DNA from: Gemmatimonadota bacterium
Lineage (GTDB): Bacteria; Gemmatimonadota; Gemmatimonadetes; Gemmatimonadales; Gemmatimonadaceae
Direction of reading: 5' to 3'
DNA: 64,000 nucleotides
Assembly (NCBI GenBank): GCA_003155795.1
Contig: PMEM01000043.1
Coordinates: forward strand, 31,925-95,924
Part shown: positions 39,040-48,987 of the stretch, in pieces
Layout of the letters: every line of letters starts with the position of its first letter
How positions within the stretch are numbered: the first letter of the stretch is position 1
Translations under genes and position numbers: made by a program
Notes under the pieces: model-generated
What the model was told of the DNA's origin: nothing
The model's input: only the letters and a program-made list of their open reading frames with translations
Database searches by the model: none

Positions 39040-39232
39040 TCCCGGCGTCAGCGACGCTCACCACCACCGTCATTAGACGCTGTGGCCCACCGAGTGCTAA
39101 AGATTTGGGCGCGCGCTAGACCTGAGCAAAGAGCCGACCGATGTTCGGCCAACTTGAATCGCACGCGTTGTCGGATGTTACGCAGACATCGATTTTGTTG
39201 TCTCTTAGTACCGCCCGGACGCTAGATCACCG

Positions 39233-39856
39233 TTAGACTATACGATCGATTCCGGACGTGCGTTTGACAAATAAATGTTCCGCGCGCCTGCGGATGATGG
39301 GACGTTGCTTATACGCTTGTATCGCGGAAACGAGATCGGACATTTTGCACCTGTAGCCCTTCGCAGCGTATCGATGGGTTCGGCATAGGCATTTTAAGGT
39401 GCTAACGTTATTTGGATTCGACTTGCCAAGGATGCCGGCAGCGAAGCATTCTAGAGTGTTTGCGCCTACAAAAAGGACGTTGTCGCCTAAACTGTAAACC
39501 AGCGCTGATATTTCAAAATCCTCCAAACGTGATAGCAAGTGCCGCGCATCACGGAACACTGCTTTGTTTACATCTATCGTAGTGTAGTTGACTTTGCCTG
39601 TCCCACAATCTTGCAATGCGTATCGTCTCCCGCGCAGCGAGTTAAGTCGCTTCTGATCTTCACTGTTACCCGCAGCGATATCCACGTCTCCAAACGGCTC
39701 GGCTCCCGTTAGACAGTGCCGTATGTAGCCCCCGTACAAGTACATAGAGCGAACGCCAAGGCCGGCTATACCTGTAACTGAGAGTAGACGTCGAACTCCG
39801 GCGGCTAGTCGAGGAAATTCGTCCAACCGCCGTATCTCTAGCGGAGACTGATCCAT
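39233..39856 (-). CDS. minimal CCA-adding-enzyme/poly(A)-polymerase-like nucleotidyltransferase
   Basis: MYLYGGYIRHCLTGAEPFGDVDIAA matches the GGxVRD...DxD head-domain motif. LEDFEISALVY resembles RDFTINAL. Confidence 0.6.
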   Translation of the reverse strand: MDQSPLEIRRLDEFPRLAAGVRRLLSVTGIAGLGVRSMYLYGGYIRHCLTGAEPFGDVDIAAGNSEDQKRLNSLRGRRYALQDCGTGKVNYTTIDVNKAVFRDARHLLSRLEDFEISALVYSLGDNVLFVGANTLECFAAGILGKSNPNNVSTLKCLCRTHRYAAKGYRCKMSDLVSAIQAYKQRPIIRRRAEHLFVKRTSGIDRIV

Positions 39857-39898
39857 ATAGTTGCGTTTGAGTCGCCATGCAAGTTCGCATTCGCTGCG

Positions 39899-40438
39899 TT
39901 ACACAATTACGACCCCCCCCGAATGGCGCGCGACTTCTTCGGGATTCAGTTCCGGAAAATCCTTTGGCAGTAAGTCGATAATTCGCAAGAATTCTGGGAA
40001 AGGAATGCCATAACCTCTTGAAGCATACTTATACGTTCTTAGCAGCGAAATCAGAGCTCGGCTGGGTGAAATGCGATTCACTGTCAGCAACCGCTGCGCG
40101 ACATGCTCGAAGAAGTGTGATCCAATCAAGAATTCTCCGTCATGGAACGCGATCTGACACACCGTGAAGTCGGCGTCGCGAAGTACGCACGTTGGGTCTG
40201 AATAAATTACTGGGGAACTTACTACGAATGGCGAAGCCGTCAGCTGCGCCGCGAATTGCGCACGGGATGACTCGCTCACGAATGCCACGTTTACATTGGC
40301 AGTTGTCTCGCGTGTCCATAAAGCGCGGACTGCACTGCCAAAAAGCGTGTACTCTGACGCGGGCAAAGCCGCCAAATCGTACCGCTCCAGCAGATTGCGC
40401 AGGGCTCGCAAGACCGACGGGGAACTCTCAGTTCGCAT
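39899..40438 (-). CDS. paralogue of the nucleotidyltransferase-like protein lacking catalytic carboxylates
   Basis: Aligns with 39233..39856 and 48400..48987 (FGSAVRALWTRE, DFTVCQIAFHDGEFLIGSHFFEHVAQRLL). The DxD position reads NVNVA. The ORF extends to 40537; Met at 40438 chosen from the paralogue alignment. Confidence 0.5.
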   Translation of the reverse strand: MRTESSPSVLRALRNLLERYDLAALPASEYTLFGSAVRALWTRETTANVNVAFVSESSRAQFAAQLTASPFVVSSPVIYSDPTCVLRDADFTVCQIAFHDGEFLIGSHFFEHVAQRLLTVNRISPSRALISLLRTYKYASRGYGIPFPEFLRIIDLLPKDFPELNPEEVARHSGGVVIV

Positions 40439-41293
40439 TCGTTGGCGCCCGCCATTTAGTGGTCTGCCTCTTATCCGACTTCCAGCCATACTAAGGTGGA
40501 GTTGAGCTCCCGTTATTGCAAGACCTTGACGTCCCACCGCAAAATGGGTCTAAGGTTAAGTTAACCCGGGTCTGGCCGCACCCGAACTACGGCGAGAGCT
40601 AGGGTGAGTTGGGCATGGTTTCGAAAGCTTCGACGCTAAGGTCCGCGCCAGATCTCGACTGCTGTGAGCCCCGATTAGACGGGACGCTCTGGGAAGGTAG
40701 TTTCACTTCTCAGAAGGGGCTATCTCAATGGAGACACATCGGCGCGGTGCAGATGGCAGGGAATCAACTGACTCGATCGGGGTACCGCTCAGCCGGAGCG
40801 ACATCATCCGCCTTCAATCTGTATCGTGTCACTGGTTACTCCAAGCGGCTCCGCCACATCGCGCTGCCGTAAGCCAAGTGCCATCCGCCGGTTCCGGACT
40901 GATCTCCAATCGTCTTCGGGTCCCCGCGCTTACGCTGGCCGAACCTAGCGCGACGCGGGGACTGCCAGCGTTATTGGTGAAGATCGCCCAGTCGATGATG
41001 CTGGTTCACCCTCCCGACGCTGACAAGCCCGAAAACCTGATCGCATCAATCGATGCGGCGCTTGCAACCGCGAAGTTATAGCGAGTCGATTGTATGACGT
41101 GTGTTGCGAATATTGGCTGGTGGCGGCGACCCGTCTTTTTGATTGGCCAGCGGAGTTTGAGGCAACAACAGCAAGAGTCGTTGTGCCTCCGACTCTCGCC
41201 AATGACGAAGATGGACAAACAGGCACTGTCGAAAGGACCTACGCAAGCTGCCGCCCGTCGAGACCGGCGAGTCCGCGAGACTGCTGGCGAAGT

Positions 41294-43747
41294 TCACGGA
41301 GCCACTCGCCCGCTCACCACTTTGAGCGCGCGCGCGAGCACTTCATCCGTTCCGTCCCGCAGACCCTCGAGTGTCGGTGAGACGGGAATCGTCGGGTGGA
41401 TCCCGACACCGTGATGGGGCGTTCCGTTGCGCTTCTCGACGCGCATCCCGGTCCAAATGACGCTATACCCGCCAGGCAATGCGAAGGGGTCGATAGCGCC
41501 GTTCGTCCCTGCGGTCGTCTCCCCGACAATGGGCCCGAGGTGGTTCTCCTCGACCACGCCCATCGTCGACTCCGCATAGCTCACCGCGCCAGCGCCGGTC
41601 AGGAACACCACTTTCGCGGGCAGGCGAGGCAGCAGTGGCGCGATGACCCAGCCGACGTCGGCGTAGCGCATCAGCGTGTGATCCGGGCGAAGGACTAGTG
41701 GCAGTTCAAAGCGTGCGGAATAGATCGTCGAGTCGCTCAGGTGCGCGAGGAGCGCGGGCGTGTTCAAGCCACGGCTTGGGTAGCCGCGCATATCGAAAAC
41801 GATACCACGTGCTGCCTCCAGACGCGGCATTGCCTGCGCGACATCCCTATCGGTCACACGACTGAGGTCGACGTAGAAGATTCCCGGTTGCAGCTCGGCG
41901 ACTTTATCCGGCCGTGGCTCTGCTGGTGGTTGTTGCAGAACGCGTGAAAGTCGTACGTCGCGCAATGGCGAATTCGCCTGGAGCGGATCGCGCAGACGTA
42001 GCACGGCGACGGTGCCCGGTATTCCGAGCAACACCTTGGAGAGCGCGGCGTGACGGACCCATTGCGTTGTCGCACCCGAAGTGCGGGCCTCGGCGTCGCG
42101 CAACTTCGCCATAGCCGATCGACCATCGACTGCCACAATCTCGTCGCCGATGTGCACGCCCAGCGCGCGCGCCGAATCACCGACGGCGAGCACAACGATT
42201 CGGTTTTCCACCCAACCAAGGAGGACGTCCGGCGCGGCCTGCACGACGGTCGTCCGAAGGACGTTCCCGTGCCCGTCATGCAGGGCGGCGATGAGTCGCT
42301 GCAGCGTCCCGTCGAACGCAGTAGCGTCTGAGTCGAGCGCGGCCTCGTTGAGGGCCGTGCGAAGCGCCGCCGGCCAGTCGGTGTGCACGACGTCGAAGTA
42401 CGGATAGAAGTGCTGCGGGACCATCCATAGCAGTGCCACGTCTGCTAGCCGCGTGGTGCGATCGTCCAGATCGAAGCGTTCCGTCGCAGGTGTGGGCTGC
42501 CACGTCGATCCGGCCGATGCAGTCGCAGTGAGCGAATCCGGCACCGCTTCTTCGGACAAGGCGAGCGGCACAGACGCGGACATGCCCGCGCCGAGTTGAG
42601 CGACGAATGCGGTGTCGGGGCTGGGCACCGGCATCGTGCGCGACGGTCCACAGTCTGTGACGGTGACGTCGCTAGGCAGTCGGCCGGCCGACGCGGAGAC
42701 GCGTCGCAGGCTACTGTGATAACTAGCCCGCGGCAGACCCGCGGGAGGATCCGGCACACCGAAGCCGCAATGCTCCCAGAATACGACGCTGCCATTCCGA
42801 CCAACGCTGTCAGTGTGCCGTGAATGCGGCGGGGCCGCCCCGTTACGATAGAGGTCAACCGTAGGAGCAACGCGCGCGAAGAGCGCGCGAAGAGCGATAA
42901 TGAGACTGTCGGCAGTCGGCACATTCTCCACCACGCGCATGCCGTGCACCGTGAACTCGTTCCAGTTCGTCATCAACGCGACGCTGCCGGGATACCAGAA
43001 TCGCACGTAGCCCACGAGACGCGTAAAGGCGATGATGTTATCGAGAGCACGTGCGGTGAGCGGGGGGAGCGGCTCGCGCCGGGTCGCCGTGAGCCCACGT
43101 CTCGTGCTGCTGGCGGCGACACGCGCAACTCCGATGAGTATGTGCGGTGACCTTAACCCGAGCACACTCGCACGCTGCACCGAACCGACGGACCCAGATT
43201 CGGAGCTCCCAGGACTGTGAGGGCGCGAAATCACGGCGAGCTTAACATCGTCAATCCAGAGGCGCCCGCGGCCTAGGGACAGCGCTCCCAGCCCGATTGA
43301 TGAAGCCCCGTTGGCAACGTCGAGGTCCACTGTGACCGACGTCCAGTCCAGGTTTCCGCCGACATAGCGACGGTCTTGCGTCGTTGCGAAGGCGATGAGC
43401 TTCTCGCCGCTATCTGCACAGACGCAGACCGCGGCGCTTTGTCCGCCGAGTGCCGCGGCTTGCGGGGCGGTGGAGACTTCAATCCGACGTCCGGTGTACG
43501 CAGCAGCTGAGACGCCGGTGCCGGCGTCGGCGAAGCCCGTAGGGTCAACGTTGGTCGACACTCGTAGACCCGCCCGTCCGCTGCGCACCTCGGTGCTGTC
43601 GGCGACGGTCTGAAGGTGGGTGACGGCAACGCCCATCGCGAACCAGCGGTTGAACGACGCCGATTGTGCGACCGCGGAGGCCGATGCAGACACTGTAACG
43701 AGGAACGCAGCGAGCAAGCTAAGCGATGGGTGGCGACAGGAATGCAT
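41294..43747 (-). CDS. secreted S41-family (C-terminal processing/tricorn-like) serine peptidase with PDZ and N-terminal beta-sandwich
   Basis: Signal peptide MHSCRHPSLSLLAAFLVTVSASASAVAQ at the internal Met (ORF runs to 44008). PDZ-like GVHIGDEIVAVDG. Ser motif TGAGAVSYAEST. Confidence 0.7.
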   Translation of the reverse strand: MHSCRHPSLSLLAAFLVTVSASASAVAQSASFNRWFAMGVAVTHLQTVADSTEVRSGRAGLRVSTNVDPTGFADAGTGVSAAAYTGRRIEVSTAPQAAALGGQSAAVCVCADSGEKLIAFATTQDRRYVGGNLDWTSVTVDLDVANGASSIGLGALSLGRGRLWIDDVKLAVISRPHSPGSSESGSVGSVQRASVLGLRSPHILIGVARVAASSTRRGLTATRREPLPPLTARALDNIIAFTRLVGYVRFWYPGSVALMTNWNEFTVHGMRVVENVPTADSLIIALRALFARVAPTVDLYRNGAAPPHSRHTDSVGRNGSVVFWEHCGFGVPDPPAGLPRASYHSSLRRVSASAGRLPSDVTVTDCGPSRTMPVPSPDTAFVAQLGAGMSASVPLALSEEAVPDSLTATASAGSTWQPTPATERFDLDDRTTRLADVALLWMVPQHFYPYFDVVHTDWPAALRTALNEAALDSDATAFDGTLQRLIAALHDGHGNVLRTTVVQAAPDVLLGWVENRIVVLAVGDSARALGVHIGDEIVAVDGRSAMAKLRDAEARTSGATTQWVRHAALSKVLLGIPGTVAVLRLRDPLQANSPLRDVRLSRVLQQPPAEPRPDKVAELQPGIFYVDLSRVTDRDVAQAMPRLEAARGIVFDMRGYPSRGLNTPALLAHLSDSTIYSARFELPLVLRPDHTLMRYADVGWVIAPLLPRLPAKVVFLTGAGAVSYAESTMGVVEENHLGPIVGETTAGTNGAIDPFALPGGYSVIWTGMRVEKRNGTPHHGVGIHPTIPVSPTLEGLRDGTDEVLARALKVVSGRVAP

Positions 43748-44498
43748 CTGTAGAGTGTCCGGATACAAATCGGCGGTGGCGGCAGCGGGTTCGTGGTGCC
43801 GCACGAGTCGAAGCCTCTGCCTGCAGCCCAAACGGTCTGGGTATTGACGCGTGGTTGCAGTATTGCCCAAGCTACCTGCGCACGTTGGCGTTTGTAATCG
43901 GTGCTCTGATCTCATAGAAGCATCTGGTGTTGCGGCATGATTCGCAGTTCGCTCTCCGCGTGCGCGGATGCGGCGAGCAGCGGTACTTCGATAGGAGGTT
44001 AGACTCATTTACTTCGAGCGATTGATAGTCATCTAAAGTACCTCACTATTGCGGTCGTGGAGCAATCTGGAAACATCGTTTCGGAGAAGGGGCTCTACCA
44101 CGCAGACTGCTGCGCTCATTTCCACCGTGGAGCCGTATCGGCCAATCGAGGCAGGAGTAGAGACATTTCCATTTTGCCCATGGGTTTACGATGTGCTGGC
44201 CCCGAGGGGATCGGTCTTATTTGGCGCGCCAATGTCGCACCCCAAGGAGCTCGAGGCAATTTCCCACGCTAACTAAAAGCCGGCTGAGCGAGACGCGTTG
44301 TTACTAGCTCGCATAGTAAGCGGCCGCCTCATTCCGGAAGTCTATGCGCGAGCTGGCCCGCAGGGTGACACCGTGCGTGTACTAGTACCATTGCGGCGTT
44401 TCGCGTTCGCACCAAATGGACATGGGTTCTCGACGTAGCGGAGCTAGATGACGCCGTTGGTACAAAATGCACCGTATTGCTACCGCCGCCATACTGAG

Positions 44499-45713
44499 TT
44501 AAGACGCGCTACTCGCGCGCGCGCGCAGCTCGTCGAGAAGCAGTTCTGACACGCGGGCCTTTCCCGTCACTATCTTGCCGCGAACGGCGAAACCGCGCTT
44601 AAAGTCTCCCGGTAACCTACCCATAGTATCATGCAGGTCGATTCGTACGACTACCGCAAACCGTCCGGTACCATCAGTCGGCGGAGACATCGGAGTGCCC
44701 GCGGTGCCAAGTCGCGTCGCAGATTCGGGGGCTACCGAGACCACGCTACCGTGGAGATCCCGGCCCTTCAAGAACAACGCAGAGGGAAGAGTCAGAATGA
44801 CGGCTTGGCCGACGCGCACATCGTGAACATTTCGCTCATCGACTAGCAGGCGCGCTGTCCAACTGCCGAGATCTTCGATCTCGAGAATTCCCTCGCCGGC
44901 TGATACGGACGCGCCGATGAGATCTCGTGGCCGTTCAGTGAGCACGATTCCGTCGATCGGGGCAGTAAGATCCACTCGTCGGCGTTCGCCACGCGCGTGA
45001 GCAACGTCAGCGCGAAGTCGATCAAGCTCAAGAGTACTCTTGGCGAAGTCCAATGAATCGAGCTTTGCTTGCTCGCGCGCAGCAACCGCCGACTTCACTC
45101 GTGCTTCTGCCGACTGCACATCAGCGATCGCAAGATCAACATTGACACTCTTGCCGATCGTATAGGCTTTCAGCACTGAATCGACGTTGGCCCTTAGGCT
45201 AAACTCCATCAATCGCTGCCGAAGAGCCGCTTGCGCCTTAATTACATTTGTCTGTTCTTGGGTTACTTGAGCTGTCTTTTGGATCAGATCGAGTGGCGCA
45301 GTAGCTCGAGCACGGTTGAGCTCACCGCGACTCTCATCGTACTGGATTTCGAGGCGTTGTAGGTCCGCGTCGGCAGACACTGGATCTAAGCGTGCTACTA
45401 TTTGTCCGACTTTGACTGGCTGGCTAACGTCAACATCCACCTGTGTAACAATTCCGCCAATTGAAGGGCGCACATTCGCGACGTGGAGTGGCTCTAAAGT
45501 TCCATCAGCGCCGACAGATACAGTCACGGAAAGCAAGAACGCGGTGAGAGCACTTAGCAGCACCAGCGTCGCAAATGCGCCGATTGTAAGGCCAACCGCG
45601 CGCTGCACAATACGCTGCCCCGGGACTATGACGTCATCGAGCGAGGGCAGCTCAAACACGTACTTCGCGTTAGCCGAGTTAGCCATTCGGACAGCTTGTT
45701 GGCAAGTTGGCAC
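44499..45713 (-). CDS. HlyD-family membrane fusion (periplasmic adaptor) protein
   Basis: N-terminal TM, long coiled-coil region, lipoyl/beta-barrel segments (VKVGQIVARLD, GQAVILTL). Alternative start at 45686. Confidence 0.75.
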   Translation of the reverse strand: MPTCQQAVRMANSANAKYVFELPSLDDVIVPGQRIVQRAVGLTIGAFATLVLLSALTAFLLSVTVSVGADGTLEPLHVANVRPSIGGIVTQVDVDVSQPVKVGQIVARLDPVSADADLQRLEIQYDESRGELNRARATAPLDLIQKTAQVTQEQTNVIKAQAALRQRLMEFSLRANVDSVLKAYTIGKSVNVDLAIADVQSAEARVKSAVAAREQAKLDSLDFAKSTLELDRLRADVAHARGERRRVDLTAPIDGIVLTERPRDLIGASVSAGEGILEIEDLGSWTARLLVDERNVHDVRVGQAVILTLPSALFLKGRDLHGSVVSVAPESATRLGTAGTPMSPPTDGTGRFAVVVRIDLHDTMGRLPGDFKRGFAVRGKIVTGKARVSELLLDELRARASSAS

Positions 45714-45788
45714 TAACTGCGCGGAGAGTGCACCAAAAAAGGAGTCACACCTATCACATTCGCCAAAGCACGTACGACTCCCCTCCGA

Positions 45789-46088
45789 CTACGGCATGTA
45801 ACACGGAGCGCAGGTCCACGACATGTCTTGAGTTGGACACGCACAGGATCCGCAACTTTGCTGACAAGTATTGCATTCGCTATAGTGGCAGCTCATCGGG
45901 CACGTTGTGCCGGCCGTACAGGCCCAACACGTCTTTACACTTGGACAAGTACAATATCGGAGCTGGCTGGTTGAATCTCCTCCGTAATACGTTGCCGTCC
46001 CTCCTGCGACCTTCGCAAGCGCGCTGTCACCCAGCTTTCGCAGTGTTTCGCGAGTAATGGTGAGCTTGCGCCTTTGTGGATTGTCCAT
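45789..46088 (-). CDS. lanA: lanthipeptide/RiPP precursor peptide with double-glycine leader
   Basis: Leader MDNPQRRKLTITRETLRKLGDSALAKVAGG. 69-aa core with 13 Cys and 19 Ser/Thr. Lies between the C39-ABC and HlyD genes. Confidence 0.8.
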   Translation of the reverse strand: MDNPQRRKLTITRETLRKLGDSALAKVAGGTATYYGGDSTSQLRYCTCPSVKTCWACTAGTTCPMSCHYSECNTCQQSCGSCACPTQDMSWTCAPCYMP

Positions 46089-46201
46089 CGCCCCCCCCGT
46101 GTGAACAAGTATGTGCACCGGTGGCCCGTTTGCTAGGCCAAGACGCCACGGCGCAATTTTACCCTCCCGTAGTATGCGCCAGCAGTATGCCGTAGCAAGT
46201 G

Positions 46202-48187
46202 TTAAATCAAGACATTATCGGGTAGTTTTAGGACACGTCCTTTCCACTCAGGCGGAGCTTCTTGTGCAGATAGGACGACAAGAATTCCGGTAAGATCGCA
46301 TAGTATATCAAGGGCATGGTCACGAGAAGCCGCGTCGAGAGACATCGTGGGTTCGTCGAGTATATAAACTTGCGATGTAGCGATGAGCGCACGAGCAATG
46401 GCAAGTCGGGCTAAGACAGATGGGCGCAGCTGGCCGCCGAGCGGATCGAGGCGCGTTTGGAGACCGAGAGGGAGACTGGAAATCTCGACATCGAGACGAA
46501 GCGTAGCGCAGACGTCGCGCAGGGCGGTGTCCGGGACCCCGCTCCTTCCGCACCGGAGATTGTCTGCGATAGAGCCGTGATACCAGCAGGCTCGCTCTAG
46601 CAAGGCACCCACGTCTTGAAACTTTGAATCGCGAGATGAGATGTTTACGTCGATGCCGTTCCACAACACACGTCCACTTTGGGGTTTCAGAATCCCCAAT
46701 ACTATCTGGCCAAGCATCGTCTTCCCGCTACCGGACGGACCTGTAACCCAAAGCCGATCCCCTTCGAGGAGAGACAATGAGAATGGCGGCGAGTTCGCGC
46801 ACGCAGCGGCGCCAATCTTGACATCTTCCACGCAGATTCTTGTCACCCGTTCCCGCACAAGCGCACCCGGCACAGACGATGCTGGCTGACTCAACTTCCG
46901 TTCTTCAAGCGAATGCGGAGAGAAGGCAGACGCGGCGAGTTTCATATTCTCCTCAACTGCTCGAAAACATAAGCCAACCACACAGGCACCCACGAATTGT
47001 CGAAATGGAACCGTAGCCGACCACTCGATCGCTATTACAACGGTTGTCGCAAGAGCCGACAGGGCGAGCCATTTTAGGGGGCCCAAGTTCTTTTTCTCGC
47101 GCTTGGATTCGCTCTGTGCAACTCTACGCGTCTCTAATACATATTGTAATACGTTAGAGCGAGTACCGGTCGCAGCGAATGTTGGCATACCCGTCAGCGA
47201 GCGCGCGACCGCTGCCCTGTGACGAGTCCAATATATATTCTCGGATTCTGGAGGATGAAGGACCGCCGCAATAAAGGTGGCCCACAGGCTTGTTGTTAGG
47301 ACCAATGCTGACACAGCCAACGAATGAACCAATATTGATTGGCCGGCCGGTGCACACAGCAATGGAAGAAGTGTTCCGGTAATCAACGCCGCAGTCCACG
47401 TACCCTTCGCTGCACTCGATCCTGCAACTGTATTCGCCTCGAATGCCGCTAGCTGCCACCTACCGACGTTACTCTTGGAAACAGTAGGGGTCGCGGAAGG
47501 CGGGAAAAGTGCCGACTGGGCTATCGTCAACCACAAGCGTTCTCGCCGCGTTACTGCTTCTTCCAAAGCGTGGGCTAGGACAAGTAACGAAAGCGCCGTA
47601 GCGGTCGTCGCGCTAACGGCGGCGATGACCGTTGGCGCAACGTCGTTTCTAGTGAACGCGACGCCAAGAAGCAATCCGGCCACCAAAGCGCCCAGGACGG
47701 CGACCGTGAGTTCGTACGAGGTTACCGTATTCAGCGCGCCTCGGAGAGAACTTGTGCAACGAATGATCCAGCCCAAGACACTTCGTGAAGGTTTGCTAAA
47801 GTGGAGAGCTGTCCCTCCGAAACGCGCTATTGCCTCACTAGTTGCCACGGCCCTGCGGCCCGCGGCAGGATCGACAATTGTAATCTCTGATGCACCTGCG
47901 TGTTCTAGAATCACAAAGTGCATGGGCGTCCATTCCAGAATTGCCGGAGTTGATAATAGATTCAGCTGCGTCGGCTCAATTGCCACGCCAACGCCGTGTA
48001 AACCGGATGCATGGGCAATGGCCAACAAGTCAGCGGCTGTCATGACGTCGCCGGACGCCTGAATCGCGAGCGTCATATCCCGGGCGTAGTAGTCCAACAC
48101 CATGGCGATACAGACAAGACCGCAATCGGAATTGCTGGACTGCCGAATTATGCGGACACGCCCAAACCTCTTGAAGGGATTTCTCAA
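46202..48187 (-). CDS. lanT: bifunctional C39 peptidase-ABC transporter (PCAT/LanT type)
   Basis: C39 motifs QSSNSDCGLVCIAMVLDYY and MHFVILEH. Walker A GPSGSGKT, Walker B VYILDEPT. Divergent signature PLGGQLRPS. Confidence 0.8.
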   Translation of the reverse strand: MRNPFKRFGRVRIIRQSSNSDCGLVCIAMVLDYYARDMTLAIQASGDVMTAADLLAIAHASGLHGVGVAIEPTQLNLLSTPAILEWTPMHFVILEHAGASEITIVDPAAGRRAVATSEAIARFGGTALHFSKPSRSVLGWIIRCTSSLRGALNTVTSYELTVAVLGALVAGLLLGVAFTRNDVAPTVIAAVSATTATALSLLVLAHALEEAVTRRERLWLTIAQSALFPPSATPTVSKSNVGRWQLAAFEANTVAGSSAAKGTWTAALITGTLLPLLCAPAGQSILVHSLAVSALVLTTSLWATFIAAVLHPPESENIYWTRHRAAVARSLTGMPTFAATGTRSNVLQYVLETRRVAQSESKREKKNLGPLKWLALSALATTVVIAIEWSATVPFRQFVGACVVGLCFRAVEENMKLAASAFSPHSLEERKLSQPASSVPGALVRERVTRICVEDVKIGAAACANSPPFSLSLLEGDRLWVTGPSGSGKTMLGQIVLGILKPQSGRVLWNGIDVNISSRDSKFQDVGALLERACWYHGSIADNLRCGRSGVPDTALRDVCATLRLDVEISSLPLGLQTRLDPLGGQLRPSVLARLAIARALIATSQVYILDEPTMSLDAASRDHALDILCDLTGILVVLSAQEAPPEWKGRVLKLPDNVLI

Positions 48188-48399
48188 GCGCCGTGCCGCG
48201 GAAACGAAGAGCGCGATAAGTTGTCAGTCACAACTGGCGTTGCGGACAGGGGGTAGCGTGGCCGCGTGTATAGCCGAGAGCCCGCCGTGATGGTGCGGTT
48301 GCGAAAGCGGTATAGTTGCAATTCGAGTGCGATGCCTCAGAAGAACCAGCGGCGGTAAATGATTCTCCTCGGACCTTGGGCTCGCCACGAAGATTGGCT

Positions 48400-48987
48400 C
48401 TAACGAGTAGGAAGCACAGTTCCGCCCGCAAGCGAGTAGAGATCGAGCGGCTGACTCGGCGCTCCCGACAGATTTAACGCATTAAGAATCATATCCAAGT
48501 GTTCAGCTGAAACGCGAAATCCCATCGCTACTAACCGAAATGTGCGGAGCAGCGTGATGTAAGCCGTGGCCGGCTCAATGTTTCTCAGAACGAGTAATTG
48601 TTCCGCGACATGCTCGAAGAAGCTGTGTCCAACGATGAATTGCCCGTCATGCCAGGCGACTTGATCTATGGTAAAAGCACCTCGTTGCACAATTTGAGCG
48701 GTAGAAATGCCATTTCCGTTGGCGATTTCAAGAGCAGCGTGGCGTAGCGGTACGCGCGTGAGGAAATCGACTTCCGCTGCTCGGCTCGTGAAATGGATCC
48801 GTACCAGCGCAGGTGCTTCCCTTGTCCAAAGTGCCCTAATCCCATCGCCCGAGAGCGCGTAAGATTTAGCCGACGTTCCGTTTAGTCTAAAATCGCTCCT
48901 AAGGCTACGAAGGTGCTCGGCAATTATTGGGAAGCGAGCTTCGTCCTCTTGGGCGACAGCGTTCCAGTCCGCGATATTAGTTGTCAT
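48400..48987 (-). CDS. second catalytically degenerate paralogue of the nucleotidyltransferase-like protein
   Basis: YALSGDGIRALWTRE...AFTIDQVAWHDGQFIVGHSFFEHVAEQLL aligns with 39899..40438. Sits between lanB and lanT. The ORF extends to 49044. Confidence 0.5.
   Translation of the reverse strand: MTTNIADWNAVAQEDEARFPIIAEHLRSLRSDFRLNGTSAKSYALSGDGIRALWTREAPALVRIHFTSRAAEVDFLTRVPLRHAALEIANGNGISTAQIVQRGAFTIDQVAWHDGQFIVGHSFFEHVAEQLLVLRNIEPATAYITLLRTFRLVAMGFRVSAEHLDMILNALNLSGAPSQPLDLYSLAGGTVLPTR

Noticed and set aside
45789-46088. Precursor as a thiazole/oxazole (YcaO-type) or thiopeptide substrate, because of the many Ser/Thr-Cys dipeptides
   Set aside because: No YcaO cyclodehydratase, dehydrogenase or split-LanB/pyridine synthase is present in the window. 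A full-length LanB plus a LanC point to lanthionine chemistry.
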